This document shows, one piece after another, positions 20,317-29,860 of a DNA stretch of 64,000 bases (its first letter is position 1; each line of letters opens with the position of its first letter). Under the pieces are notes generated by a model. It saw only the letters and a list, made by a program, of their open reading frames with translations. It was not told the origin of the DNA and did not search any database. The translations under genes and the position numbers were made by a program. The stretch comes from Actinobacteria bacterium UBA959. Its GTDB lineage: Bacteria; Actinomycetota; Actinomycetes; S36-B12; UBA5976. The stretch is from the NCBI GenBank assembly GCA_002293025.1, contig DBCL01000015.1, positions 24,590-88,589 of the forward strand, written 5' to 3'.

Positions 20317-20354
20317 AAAAAGTGGGGCACATGTAATTGTGCCCCACTTTTTTT
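20317..20354. terminator. Bidirectional rho-independent terminator shared by the ABC ATPase gene and the LacI-family gene
   Basis: AAAAA-GTGGGGCAC-atgtaatt-GTGCCCCAC-TTTTTTT: a perfect 9-bp GC-rich stem flanked by an A-run and a T-run. The T-run overlaps the LacI-family stop codon. Confidence 0.8.
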
Positions 20355-21399
20355 AGATAGAACCAAATGCTCCAATAACTGCTCCAGCTCTATCCGATCC
20401 CAATCTCTTTGTGCTATTTCGAACAATCAATTGAGTCGGCATAACTGTTGAAGTTCGAGGCTTTGTAGGCTCTTTTAATTGTTCCAACAAAATCCAAGCT
20501 GCTGTCTCCCCTAGTAATTGAACTGGTTGGGCGATGGTAGTTAAGTTTGCAAACTTAGATAAATCATGATCGTCAAATCCGACTATAGATATGTCGTCGG
20601 GTATGCGTAAACCATGCCTATGGATAGCGCTGATTGCACCAAATGCCATCTCGTCGGATTCACAGAACACAGCTGTAGGTGGCTGGGCCTTTGAGAGAAG
20701 TTCACCCATTGCTCTTTCTCCACTTTCAATGGTAAATGAACCATACGCTTCCAAAGAGCTGTCGAAATTGAGCCCGGCTTCTTGATGGGCTAGCAAAAAT
20801 CCATCGCGACGATCCCTAGGAGCCGTAAAAGACAAAGGTTGAAGTGGGGATTCAGCAATGAGCCCTATTCGAGTATGACCCATATTAATTAGATGTCCGG
20901 TCGCAGTTTTAGCACTTTGTACATCATCAATTCGAACCGAATTGCATTCATCAACTTCAGCGCCAATAACTGCAACTGGGATATTCATCTGCTGGAGAGA
21001 TCGAACCTCATCCATTGAAGGTGGCAATGAACATACAAGTAGCGCATCTACCCTCTCTTTTACTAGGCGGTGTTGAAAGAGACGCTCGCGTTCATCTAAT
21101 CGTTCCAGAGAATAAATCAGAACATCAAATCCAGAGGAACGGCTTACTCGCTCAATCCCTGATACCAACTTTGCAAAATACCAACGGTCGATAAATGGAG
21201 CGATGACTCCGATCGTGGAAGTTTTACCCGAGGCTAGACGGGAAGCTGTAGGTGAAACAACATAATCCAATGAAGCTGCTGCTTGAGATACTTTCTCCCG
21301 AGTTTCTGGGGTTACGCTGGGCAAGCCTCGCAATGCCCGAGATACGGTTGCGGTGCTAACTCCGGCAACTCGCGCTACATCTTCAATAGTGGCCTTCAT
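20353..21399 (-). CDS. LacI-family transcriptional regulator
   Basis: 348 aa. N-terminal HTH ATIEDVARVAGVSTATVSRALRG followed by a periplasmic-binding-protein-like sugar-binding core. Confidence 0.88.
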   Translation of the reverse strand: MKATIEDVARVAGVSTATVSRALRGLPSVTPETREKVSQAAASLDYVVSPTASRLASGKTSTIGVIAPFIDRWYFAKLVSGIERVSRSSGFDVLIYSLERLDERERLFQHRLVKERVDALLVCSLPPSMDEVRSLQQMNIPVAVIGAEVDECNSVRIDDVQSAKTATGHLINMGHTRIGLIAESPLQPLSFTAPRDRRDGFLLAHQEAGLNFDSSLEAYGSFTIESGERAMGELLSKAQPPTAVFCESDEMAFGAISAIHRHGLRIPDDISIVGFDDHDLSKFANLTTIAQPVQLLGETAAWILLEQLKEPTKPRTSTVMPTQLIVRNSTKRLGSDRAGAVIGAFGSI

Positions 21400-21429
21400 G
21401 TGTGAAACTAAGCAGATAAAGTCAATTTA

Positions 21430-21443
21430 AGCAAACGCTTGCA
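21430..21443. promoter_or_regulatory. Candidate LacI-family operator (imperfect palindrome with central CG)
   Basis: AGCAAACGCTTGCA is symmetric at 10 of 14 positions around a central CG. It lies 31-44 nt upstream of the LacI-family start codon. Shape matches LacI/GalR-type operators. No experimental support. Confidence 0.3.
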
Positions 21444-21463
21444 AAATTCAGGAACCCACCTGA

Positions 21464-22132
21464 TCAGGATATTCTAATTATTGGCAAGTCTGGGGCTGAA
21501 ACATCATACAATTTCGCTGTACGTTGCATTAAAACTTCCAAAACTTCAGCTTTTCTCTCAGGGCGTTCAATGTCTCCCCAGACCACCTCGACCCCATCTT
21601 TGAGAATGAATCGAATATTTGAACTGCTGCGAGCATTCGCTTGAACTACCTTGTTGGCAACTTTTGGCGGTAAATCAAAAAAAGCAGTTACTGAGTATTC
21701 GCGCGCTCGATTCGAAAGCGCACTAAATACAATCAATTCTGAATCTGGTTGTTCAGCACTGGAAATATAGGTGCTTCCATCTGAATCTATGTAATTCAAT
21801 TGGTCTTTGTATTTGTACCACCCAATTGGATCTCTCAATTCAACTGAAATAACAAAGTTGTTGTTCCATTTTCTATCAAACTTAACAGATCGAATATCTG
21901 GCAGAGATAAGACTCTGCCAGCTGCAGCATCTTGATCTAGTTCAGTGATTTGCTCACCTTTAGAAATCGCAGCAACTTTAAGTATTTTTGCTGCAAGTTG
22001 CTTATCAACACCAACCACTTGAACTTTGCCAACTTCAGCAGTTGAATTTCGTTGAGCCAGATATGCAACTGCAGCTCCACTGGTTAAAACAATCGAAAAC
22101 GTTAGTACCCAGGCTAATTTGTGAGTCCTCAT
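21464..22132 (-). CDS. ftsQ: Cell division protein FtsQ (POTRA domain)
   Basis: 222 aa. N-terminal TM segment, then POTRA-like VQVVGVDKQLAAKILKVAAISKGEQI...SVELRDPIGW. Position between murC and (normally) ftsZ. Confidence 0.85.
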   Translation of the reverse strand: MRTHKLAWVLTFSIVLTSGAAVAYLAQRNSTAEVGKVQVVGVDKQLAAKILKVAAISKGEQITELDQDAAAGRVLSLPDIRSVKFDRKWNNNFVISVELRDPIGWYKYKDQLNYIDSDGSTYISSAEQPDSELIVFSALSNRAREYSVTAFFDLPPKVANKVVQANARSSSNIRFILKDGVEVVWGDIERPERKAEVLEVLMQRTAKLYDVSAPDLPIIRIS

Positions 22133-22134
22133 GA

Positions 22135-23526
22135 TTATTTAGTGTTTCTTTGCGCAAGGAGATTAACAATTTGTGGAGCCAGCGTGGCCATATCTCCTGG
22201 ACCAATAGTGAGCACAATGTCGCCAGCTTTAGCCCATCTAGAAATAATTTGCGGGGTATTTAACAGCGATGGATCGAAAACCACACAGTCCCTTGGGAGA
22301 TTTATGGCAGCCGCAACTGCTGCGCCGCCCGCACCTGGTATTGCTTTCTCGCCAGGTGCATATGTCTCCAAAACAACAACTTTATCGGCTAAAGCGAGTG
22401 CCTCTCCAAATTCCACCAAGAAATGTGCGATGCGATAAAAACGGAATGGTTGAAAAGCAACGATTACGGATCCTGCTCCAGCAACTTCTCGTGCAGCAGT
22501 CAAGGTGGCCACAACCTCAGTTGGGTGGTGAGCATAATCATCATAAACGCGAACTGAATCGCCTTGACCTCTAAATTCAAACCTGCGTCGTGTACCACTA
22601 AAACTCGATAGGCCGCTACTGGTGTCCCCTAGATCCGCTCCTACTAAATAGCTAACTAAAAAAGCTGCTGTGGCGTTTAGTGCATTGTGCCACCCAGGCA
22701 CTTGCAAATCCAAGTGAGCAATAACCTTTGAGTGAATTTCTAAATCAAAACTCCACCCTCGATCATTCAATGATGCATTTACTAATTTTAGGTCAGCCTC
22801 AGGTGACTTGCCATAGGTAAACACAGACTTTTGCTGCTCCTTCAATTCTTTAGCAACATCAGCTGCATGTAAATCATCAGCGCAAACAATGATATGTTCA
22901 CTGCAATTCATTCCAAACTCTACAAATGCAGATTTTATTGATGCAAACGAATCCCATTGATCCAAATGATCTGCTTCAACATTTGTAATGACCCCAATTG
23001 CAGGTTTAAGTGCTAAGAAAGTTGCGTCACTTTCATCCGCTTCAACTGTGAACCAATTTGATTTTCCATGATGACCGTTGCTGCCAGTTTCATTCATTTC
23101 ACTGCCAATGATGAAAGATGGATCAAGCCCCGATGCCTGCAGGGCGATGGTTGCCATTGAAGTTGTGGTGGTTTTGCCATGTGTGCCCGCAACGGCAATA
23201 ACTTGATAAGGGTTCAGTAAAGCTGCCAAAGCCTGAGCCCTGCTAAAGATTGGAATATTCAATTCTGCAGCACGAAGCAGCTCAGGGTTACTTCGCGGAA
23301 TAGCAGTTGAGGCTACTACAAGAGCGGCTCCATCAACATGTTCAGATTTATGACCAAGCGACACCTTGGCCCCCAGCTGCTCCAATGCCATTATTCGACG
23401 AGATTCCTTTGCATCACTTCCAGAGATTGCATAACCCTGGCCAATAAGGACCCGCGCGATAGCTGACATGCCAGCACCTGCAATTCCAATGATGTGGATG
23501 CGGCCATTTGGGAGTTGATTTGTCAT
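22135..23526 (-). CDS. murC: UDP-N-acetylmuramate--L-alanine ligase MurC
   Basis: IHIIGIAGAGMSAIA, GTHGKTTTTSM, and DYAHHP in the C-terminal domain. The track starts at 23532. Met3 (23526) gives an ATGA overlap with murG and better spacing to AAGAGG. Confidence 0.95.
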   Translation of the reverse strand: MTNQLPNGRIHIIGIAGAGMSAIARVLIGQGYAISGSDAKESRRIMALEQLGAKVSLGHKSEHVDGAALVVASTAIPRSNPELLRAAELNIPIFSRAQALAALLNPYQVIAVAGTHGKTTTTSMATIALQASGLDPSFIIGSEMNETGSNGHHGKSNWFTVEADESDATFLALKPAIGVITNVEADHLDQWDSFASIKSAFVEFGMNCSEHIIVCADDLHAADVAKELKEQQKSVFTYGKSPEADLKLVNASLNDRGWSFDLEIHSKVIAHLDLQVPGWHNALNATAAFLVSYLVGADLGDTSSGLSSFSGTRRRFEFRGQGDSVRVYDDYAHHPTEVVATLTAAREVAGAGSVIVAFQPFRFYRIAHFLVEFGEALALADKVVVLETYAPGEKAIPGAGGAAVAAAINLPRDCVVFDPSLLNTPQIISRWAKAGDIVLTIGPGDMATLAPQIVNLLAQRNTK

Positions 23527-24614
23527 GAACATACCTCTTGGATCAAACGAACCATATTTTTGGCAGCATCAATTTTTCGAGTATTCCTGCCTGCAGTTGA
23601 CATCTGCATCAATCGGCTTGAATCTTTAAATATCGGTAAGACAATTTCTGCTAAATTGCTGGCTGTGCACAGGTGATTTGGAACCAAAAGTGCAGCTCCT
23701 ACTGAGATCAAGTGTGCAGCGTTTAGTTCTTGTTCTCCATTTCCTATCGGATAAGGCACGAATATTGCTGGCAAGCCAATCGCCGAAAGTTCGGCCACCG
23801 TCAATGCGCCAGCGCGACAAAGCACCAAATCACTCGCAGCATAACCTACTTGCATATTCGACATGTAGCCCATGACTAAATACCTTGAGCCATTGGCATG
23901 TGACCTTGACTGATAGTGAGCTAAGTTGTTTGGACCAACCACATGAATTACGCTGATTTGATTTTCCAATAGCAGATCAGAGAAGCCACTAATAGCCTTG
24001 TTAATCTGCTCAGCTCCTTGTGAACCACCAAAAACCAACAAGACCCGCCCCGAACTTGATAGACCCAACTCATTTCGTGACTTTGATCGCAATTCTTCTC
24101 TATTGAGATTTTTTATTTCACGTTTAATTGGAATCCCCAGAGTTAGGGCTCCCTTAATGCTTCCTGGAACCGTGTCTACTGCTCGAGTAGCAAACCTAGC
24201 GAAGATTTTGTTTGCTATCCCTGGCTTAGCATTTGCTTCATGAACGATAAAGGGAATCCTTAATTGAATTGCAGCTAAATATGCAGGCACAGATACGTAC
24301 CCACCAAAACCAACTAACACCTCAACTTTATTTGACTTCAAAATTTCAACCGCTGCCCTCCTGGCAGCCCACAAGCGAAAAGGCAGCTTGATTAGATCTA
24401 AGTTCACTTTGCGAGGCATCGCAAATGTAGCAACTGTCTCTAACCTGAAACCGTTAGCTGGAACTAGCGAATTTTCAAGTCCAGTTTTTGAGCCCAGGAA
24501 AACAATTGATTCAAGATCTGCAACATTAGAGTCCAGCAATTGAAAAGCAACCGAGAGCGCCGGTTCAACGTGACCGGCAGTTCCCCCACCTGCAAGTGCG
24601 ACTCTCATGGTCAC
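23523..24614 (-). CDS. murG: UDP-GlcNAc:lipid I GlcNAc transferase MurG
   Basis: 363 aa. GGGTAGHVEPAL and the C-terminal GALTVAELSAIGLPAIFVPYP...EQELNA. Confidence 0.95.
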   Translation of the reverse strand: MTMRVALAGGGTAGHVEPALSVAFQLLDSNVADLESIVFLGSKTGLENSLVPANGFRLETVATFAMPRKVNLDLIKLPFRLWAARRAAVEILKSNKVEVLVGFGGYVSVPAYLAAIQLRIPFIVHEANAKPGIANKIFARFATRAVDTVPGSIKGALTLGIPIKREIKNLNREELRSKSRNELGLSSSGRVLLVFGGSQGAEQINKAISGFSDLLLENQISVIHVVGPNNLAHYQSRSHANGSRYLVMGYMSNMQVGYAASDLVLCRAGALTVAELSAIGLPAIFVPYPIGNGEQELNAAHLISVGAALLVPNHLCTASNLAEIVLPIFKDSSRLMQMSTAGRNTRKIDAAKNMVRLIQEVCS

Positions 24615-25795
24615 CTGTTTAGAGTTGCTGAGTTTTTGGCACTAGACATCTCTAAACGTGCGAACGAGATCAACATACCAATGGTTGCTAAAGTAGGAAT
24701 CAAAGACGAACCACCAGCAGAAACTAGAGGTAAAGGCACTCCCATAATTGGAAGAACGCCTAACACCGCACCTATATTTATGAATGCTTGAGATCCAATC
24801 CAGCCAAATGCACCTGCGGATGCATATCTGATGAAATCTGAATCAGTTCTTCTGGCTAGAACTAAAAGCGAGATACAAAACGCTGTGAATAACAAAAGCA
24901 CCGTGAATGCGCCAAGAAGACCTAGCTCTTCTCCAATGATTGCGAATATGAAATCAGTATGCGCCTCAGGAAGTGTGCCCCACTTCTCCTTGGACCCTCC
25001 AATGTTTTGACCAAATAAACCACCTGAAGCCAAGGCATATTTTGCATGCATCGCCTGATATCCACTGCCTAGTGGATCCAATTCAGGGTTCAGCCACGAA
25101 GTTATACGTTGAACGCGATAAGGCTTCAAGTAAGCAAGCACGGCCACCATCGCAGTTCCTGCTAATGCTGCATAACCAAAATACTTAATTGGAAGATTTG
25201 CAGCAAAAAGCATTGCTCCTACAGTTAAAGCAATGATAATTACGTTTCCTAAGTCGCCTGCTGCCAAAATTAAGGCCAGCGTTATTGCGGTTCCAATTAA
25301 TAGTGGCCCAGTGTGCGCTTTGAAATTATGCTCGTGTTTATTTCGTTTAGATAACAAAGTTGCGCCCCAGATAACCAATGACATTTTGGCAAACTCGCTG
25401 GGTTGTATTCGAAATATTCCACCAAAGTCAATCCAATTGCGCTGACCCCCAACTTCATCTCCAAGGCCAGGAATAAACACAACTAAGAGCAGTCCCAAAA
25501 CAATTAGCATCATTAACGGCGCAAATTGCTGTAATTTTTTTATCGACCAAGTCGAAACTACAACTAATGCAATTGCCCCTAGGCCTGCGTATAAGGCTTG
25601 CTTTAAGAAGATTTCAAATTCAGAACCATAAGTTAACTTCGATTCGACGTAAGAAGAAGACAAAACCATGATCAGTCCGGTAAAAAGCAAAATCATGGAA
25701 CTACCTCGAATGAGGTGAACCAGCGCCATCGGATGACCAAAAAGACCAGCCGAACCCTTGGGGCGCACGGGGGAATCGTGCATAACCATCTGCAA
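24611..25795 (-). CDS. ftsW: SEDS-family peptidoglycan polymerase FtsW
   Basis: About 10 TM segments. FRIQPSEFAKM, HTDFIFAIIGEELG, GVLPIMGVPLPLVSAGGSS. Start ambiguous: TTG 25795, ATG 25789 or 25783, or a later Met. Confidence 0.9.
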   Translation of the reverse strand: MQMVMHDSPVRPKGSAGLFGHPMALVHLIRGSSMILLFTGLIMVLSSSYVESKLTYGSEFEIFLKQALYAGLGAIALVVVSTWSIKKLQQFAPLMMLIVLGLLLVVFIPGLGDEVGGQRNWIDFGGIFRIQPSEFAKMSLVIWGATLLSKRNKHEHNFKAHTGPLLIGTAITLALILAAGDLGNVIIIALTVGAMLFAANLPIKYFGYAALAGTAMVAVLAYLKPYRVQRITSWLNPELDPLGSGYQAMHAKYALASGGLFGQNIGGSKEKWGTLPEAHTDFIFAIIGEELGLLGAFTVLLLFTAFCISLLVLARRTDSDFIRYASAGAFGWIGSQAFINIGAVLGVLPIMGVPLPLVSAGGSSLIPTLATIGMLISFARLEMSSAKNSATLNR

Positions 25796-25870
25796 AGTTT
25801 GGCTGGTCCGCAGTGGCTATCCCTGCAAGCCGCAGTGCGTGTCGCCAACCTGGGGTGGCAAGATTCACTC

Positions 25871-27376
25871 ATGACCACTACTCCAGTCCTTCCAAGAACC
25901 GCAGATCCATTCGATCGAGCTTCCGCTGCTGCTGTAATCGCCAAAACTCCCACACAAGCCCTCTTGGCAGGAGTTTGGAGCAAGACATCCGGCGAACCCA
26001 TAAATGTCACTGATCCAGCCAACGGCGAGGTATTGACAACTATTGGCAATGCGACATCGGCTGACCTGCTTGCAGTTTTGGATACAGCGTCTGCTGCTCA
26101 GCGCGCTTGGGCAAAAAGACCATCCAGGGAACGCGCCGAAATATTACGAAGATCTTTTGATCTCATGATCGAGCGCTGTGACGAAATAGCGTTGATTATG
26201 ACCTTGGAAAGCGGAAAAACAATAGCTGAGGCTCGGGGTGAAGTTACATATGCAGCTGAGTTCTTGCGGTGGTTCTCTGAAGAAACAGTTCGAATTGGTG
26301 GTGAATTCCGAACAGCTCCATCTGGTGTGCATCGCATCTTAACCATAAAACAACCTATTGGAATTGCATATTTGATCACTCCTTGGAACTTTCCAGCTGC
26401 CATGATGACTCGAAAGATTGGTCCGGCCCTAGCAGCTGGAAACGCTGTTGTTGTTAAACCAGCTACTGAAACTCCACTAACTGCTTATGCAATAGCACAG
26501 ATCTTTTTGGATGCGGGCGTTGAGCCAGGTGTATTGACAGTTTTGACGACCAAAGATCCAAGCTCGATTACTGAAGCAGCATTTTCGCATCCAGCTGTAA
26601 GAAAACTTTCATTCACAGGCAGTACCCAAGTCGGTCGAATGCTTCTCGAAAAAGCTGCTGGTCGCATTTTGCGAACTTCTATGGAGTTGGGTGGCAATGC
26701 GCCATTTATTGTAATGGAAGATGCAAACCTTGAAAAAGCAATTGAAGGTGCCATGATTGCCAAGATGCGCAATTGTGGCCAAGCCTGTACAGCAGCCAAT
26801 AGATTTATCGTGCACACCAAAGTTCATGACCAATTTGTGAACATGCTTAGCAAGGAAATGGGAGCGCTAAAACTTGGACATGGAACAGATCCAAGCACAA
26901 CTTTGGCACCATTGGTTTCTAGAAAAGCACACGATCAAGTTTCTAACTTAGTTGATATAGCCGTAAAAAATGGCGGACAGATTGCACTGGGAGCTACAGG
27001 CACCGATGGACCTGGAGCCTTTTATGCCGCAACTGTTTTAGCTGATGTTCCCGTAGATTCCCCCCTACTGGCTGAAGAGATATTTGGACCAGTAGCACCA
27101 GTTGTCCGAGTGCATTCAGATGAAGAAGCAGTTGCTGTGGCTAATGACACTCAGTATGGGCTTGTTTCCTATGTCTACACCGAAAACCTAGCCCGAGGCC
27201 TAAAACTTTCAGAACAAATCGAGTCTGGGATGGTTGGAATCAATCGCGGATTAGTTAGCGATCCAGCCGCACCATTTGGTGGTGTGAAGGAATCTGGTTT
27301 AGGACGAGAGGGTGGCTTTGAAGGTATTGAAGAGTTCTTGGAAACAAAATACATCTCAGTTCCTAATTGGAACTAA
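25871..27376 (+). CDS. gabD: NAD(P)-dependent aldehyde dehydrogenase, succinate-semialdehyde dehydrogenase (GabD)-like
   Basis: ALDH motifs TPWNFPAAMMTRKIGPALAAGN, MELGGNAPFIV (catalytic Glu), RNCGQACTAANRF (catalytic Cys), EEIFGPV. The track ORF from 25715 overlaps ftsW. ATG at 25871 (MTTTPVLPR...) chosen. The GabD subfamily call is by recall. Confidence 0.8.
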   Translation: MTTTPVLPRTADPFDRASAAAVIAKTPTQALLAGVWSKTSGEPINVTDPANGEVLTTIGNATSADLLAVLDTASAAQRAWAKRPSRERAEILRRSFDLMIERCDEIALIMTLESGKTIAEARGEVTYAAEFLRWFSEETVRIGGEFRTAPSGVHRILTIKQPIGIAYLITPWNFPAAMMTRKIGPALAAGNAVVVKPATETPLTAYAIAQIFLDAGVEPGVLTVLTTKDPSSITEAAFSHPAVRKLSFTGSTQVGRMLLEKAAGRILRTSMELGGNAPFIVMEDANLEKAIEGAMIAKMRNCGQACTAANRFIVHTKVHDQFVNMLSKEMGALKLGHGTDPSTTLAPLVSRKAHDQVSNLVDIAVKNGGQIALGATGTDGPGAFYAATVLADVPVDSPLLAEEIFGPVAPVVRVHSDEEAVAVANDTQYGLVSYVYTENLARGLKLSEQIESGMVGINRGLVSDPAAPFGGVKESGLGREGGFEGIEEFLETKYISVPNWN

Positions 27377-28806
27377 ACCAACTTCTTTACCCATTCACTA
27401 AAACTATCGCCTCGATGTCCATAGTCTTTGAACATATCCCAGGATGCACAACCTGGGGCTAGTAAAACTACATCGCCATTACTTGCATAACTAACCGCTG
27501 CTTCAACGGCGATGCGCATTGCTTCTTCAGGATTTGTCTCGATTATTTCTGTGATTGGCAAGACTGAGTTCATTCCTTTGAGGGAATCTATGATCATACG
27601 TCGATCTTGACCCATAACGATCGCTGCTTTGATTCTCGATGATGTTTGCTTAACAAACTCTGCTAAATCTTGACCCTTTGCATCTCCTCCCCCAATCCAA
27701 ATAACTGATTCATAACTCAAAAGAGATTGGCTAGCCGCATGAGCGTTGGTCGCCTTAGAATCATCTATGTACTTGATTCCCTCTTTTTCTAAAACTAAAG
27801 AGATCCGATGCTTTGCTGGCACAAAATTGCGCAAGCCATCTCTAACTGCAGCACCAGGAACCCCAAAAGCGCGAGCCAAAGCGGTTGCTGCCAGAGCATT
27901 GCTCAAATTATGCCGAGCAAAAGGTTGAACATCATTAGTATTTGCTAATTCTTGAGCGTTGGTACCACGTTCCACAATGAAGGCGCGATCAACTATCAAA
28001 TCATCTACCACACCAACCATCGATCTTCCTGGAATATTTAAGGTGAATCCGATTGCTCGGCAACCTTCCACAACATCAGCACCTTCAACCATTAACCGAG
28101 TCTCTTCATCTTGATCATTGTAGATGGCAGCTACAACAGTTCTTTCATAAATTTTCGCTTTCAAAGCTTTGTATTCCTCAAAATTTCCAACATGATCCAG
28201 GTGGTCTTCCGCAACATTTAGAACAACTGATGCCAGGGGTGAGATTGAATACACAAATGGTAACTGCTGAACACCAACTTCGACTACAAAAACATCATGA
28301 ACTTCTTCGTCCATCACTGCATCAACTGCTGCGAAACCTATGTTCCCTATTGCTTTTGCTTTAAGACCGGCAGCTTTCAGAATTGCCTCGGTCATCAAGG
28401 TAGTGGTGGTTTTACCATTTGTGCCAGTTATGAGGAGCCAGGGAACCAATGGATCCCTCAAGCGCCAAGCTAGTTCTAATTCTCCCCAAATTGAAATTCC
28501 CTTAGCTTTAGCCTCTGCTAACCAAGGGTGATTTGGTGGCACTCCAGGGGAAGTAACAACTAAATCTGCCTCAGCAAAATTAGTTGTATTGAGCCTAACT
28601 TCCGCACCTAAGGTCTCTAGAATTTGAGCGCGTTCTTGCGCACTCTTGGATGAACTTTGGTCTAGCACTAATACTTTGCACTGCATTCTCAATAGTGCAT
28701 CTGCACAAGCAAACCCTGCCGTACCAATTCCTAAAACCACAACCTTCAAATCTTTCCAAGAGCTATTTCGATCTAAATTGGCTAACTCAATCACTGAGTT
28801 ACCCAT
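27373..28806 (-). CDS. murD: UDP-N-acetylmuramoyl-L-alanine--D-glutamate ligase MurD
   Basis: VVVLGIGTAGFACADALL, LITGTNGKTTT. The track ORF from 28890 runs through the mraY 3' end. Met29 (28806) chosen. Confidence 0.93.
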   Translation of the reverse strand: MGNSVIELANLDRNSSWKDLKVVVLGIGTAGFACADALLRMQCKVLVLDQSSSKSAQERAQILETLGAEVRLNTTNFAEADLVVTSPGVPPNHPWLAEAKAKGISIWGELELAWRLRDPLVPWLLITGTNGKTTTTLMTEAILKAAGLKAKAIGNIGFAAVDAVMDEEVHDVFVVEVGVQQLPFVYSISPLASVVLNVAEDHLDHVGNFEEYKALKAKIYERTVVAAIYNDQDEETRLMVEGADVVEGCRAIGFTLNIPGRSMVGVVDDLIVDRAFIVERGTNAQELANTNDVQPFARHNLSNALAATALARAFGVPGAAVRDGLRNFVPAKHRISLVLEKEGIKYIDDSKATNAHAASQSLLSYESVIWIGGGDAKGQDLAEFVKQTSSRIKAAIVMGQDRRMIIDSLKGMNSVLPITEIIETNPEEAMRIAVEAAVSYASNGDVVLLAPGCASWDMFKDYGHRGDSFSEWVKKLV

Positions 28807-29858
28807 TCGGCATAAAACAGAGCCAATCCCGCACCTACAAACAGCCCTTGCAAAATCCAAAAACGAACCACAATTTGTTGCTCTGGCCAACCCTTTAACT
28901 CAAAGTGGTGATGAATTGGGCTCATTAAAAATATGCGCTTCTTTCTAGTCTTGAAAGAGATTACTTGCAACACAACCGATCCGGTGGTCATCACAAACAA
29001 CCCACCAAAGAAGAATAGGAGCAATTGAGTGTGCGTGAATATGGCTAACGCCACTATTGCGCCACCAATAGCCAAAGATCCTGTATCACCCATGATGATT
29101 GCGGCTGGACTGGTGTTAAACCAAAGGAATCCAAATACAGCAGCAGCAAAAGCAGCTGCCAGAATTGATAAATCAAGTGGGTCGCGGACCTCGTAACAAT
29201 TTGCAAACTGCTCACGCGCACAACTTTGTCCAAACTGCCACACTGTGAGCAAGGTGTAAGCAGCAAACGTAATGACTGCAGCTCCTGCTGCAAGCCCATC
29301 AAGCCCATCAGTGATATTTACCGCATTAGTCGATGCCGTGATCATTAACCATAAAAAGAGAACCATTACAAATAATGGCAAAACTAGAGAGGTTTCACGA
29401 ACAAATGAAATTGCCTGCGATGCAGGAGTTAATCCACGTTCATCAACAAATTGAAATGCTAAAACGGCAAAAGTTAAAGCGATGAGCGTCTGCCAGATTA
29501 ATTTAGTTCTAGCTTTCACTCCACCACTTCGTTGCTTAAATACTTTCGTGTAGTCATCGACAAAGCCAACGGCTGCCAATGAGAACGAGAGGAAAATTAC
29601 TAGTAAGCCTGATGCAGTTGGCGGTGTCCATAATGTTAAGTGCGCACTCGAGTAACCAAGTGCAACAGCAAGAACAATTGCGATGCCTCCCATCGAAGGA
29701 GTGCCGCGTTTATGATCATGGTCTGGATAAGAAATTCCGTTGGCTGACTGCCTGATTGCCTGAGCCAACCCTCTGGCACGTAAAAACTTAATGAAAATTG
29801 GAGTAAAGGTCATGGAAACAAGTAGCGCAACAGCTGCGGAAATAACGACTAAGCGCAT
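28791..29858 (-). CDS. mraY: Phospho-N-acetylmuramoyl-pentapeptide transferase MraY
   Basis: 355 aa polytopic membrane protein. KRGTPSMGG, NAVNITDGLDGLA, PIHHHFELKGW. Confidence 0.95.
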   Translation of the reverse strand: MRLVVISAAVALLVSMTFTPIFIKFLRARGLAQAIRQSANGISYPDHDHKRGTPSMGGIAIVLAVALGYSSAHLTLWTPPTASGLLVIFLSFSLAAVGFVDDYTKVFKQRSGGVKARTKLIWQTLIALTFAVLAFQFVDERGLTPASQAISFVRETSLVLPLFVMVLFLWLMITASTNAVNITDGLDGLAAGAAVITFAAYTLLTVWQFGQSCAREQFANCYEVRDPLDLSILAAAFAAAVFGFLWFNTSPAAIIMGDTGSLAIGGAIVALAIFTHTQLLLFFFGGLFVMTTGSVVLQVISFKTRKKRIFLMSPIHHHFELKGWPEQQIVVRFWILQGLFVGAGLALFYAEWVTQ

Positions 29859-29860
29859 AC

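Noticed and set aside
18467-27376. Calling the dcw-cluster insertions (lipoprotein / ABC ATPase / LacI; gabD) horizontally acquired genomic islands
   Set aside because: There are no flanking direct repeats, tRNA, integrase or transposase remnants. I cannot compute composition or codon-usage statistics by eye. Only the synteny break is reported.
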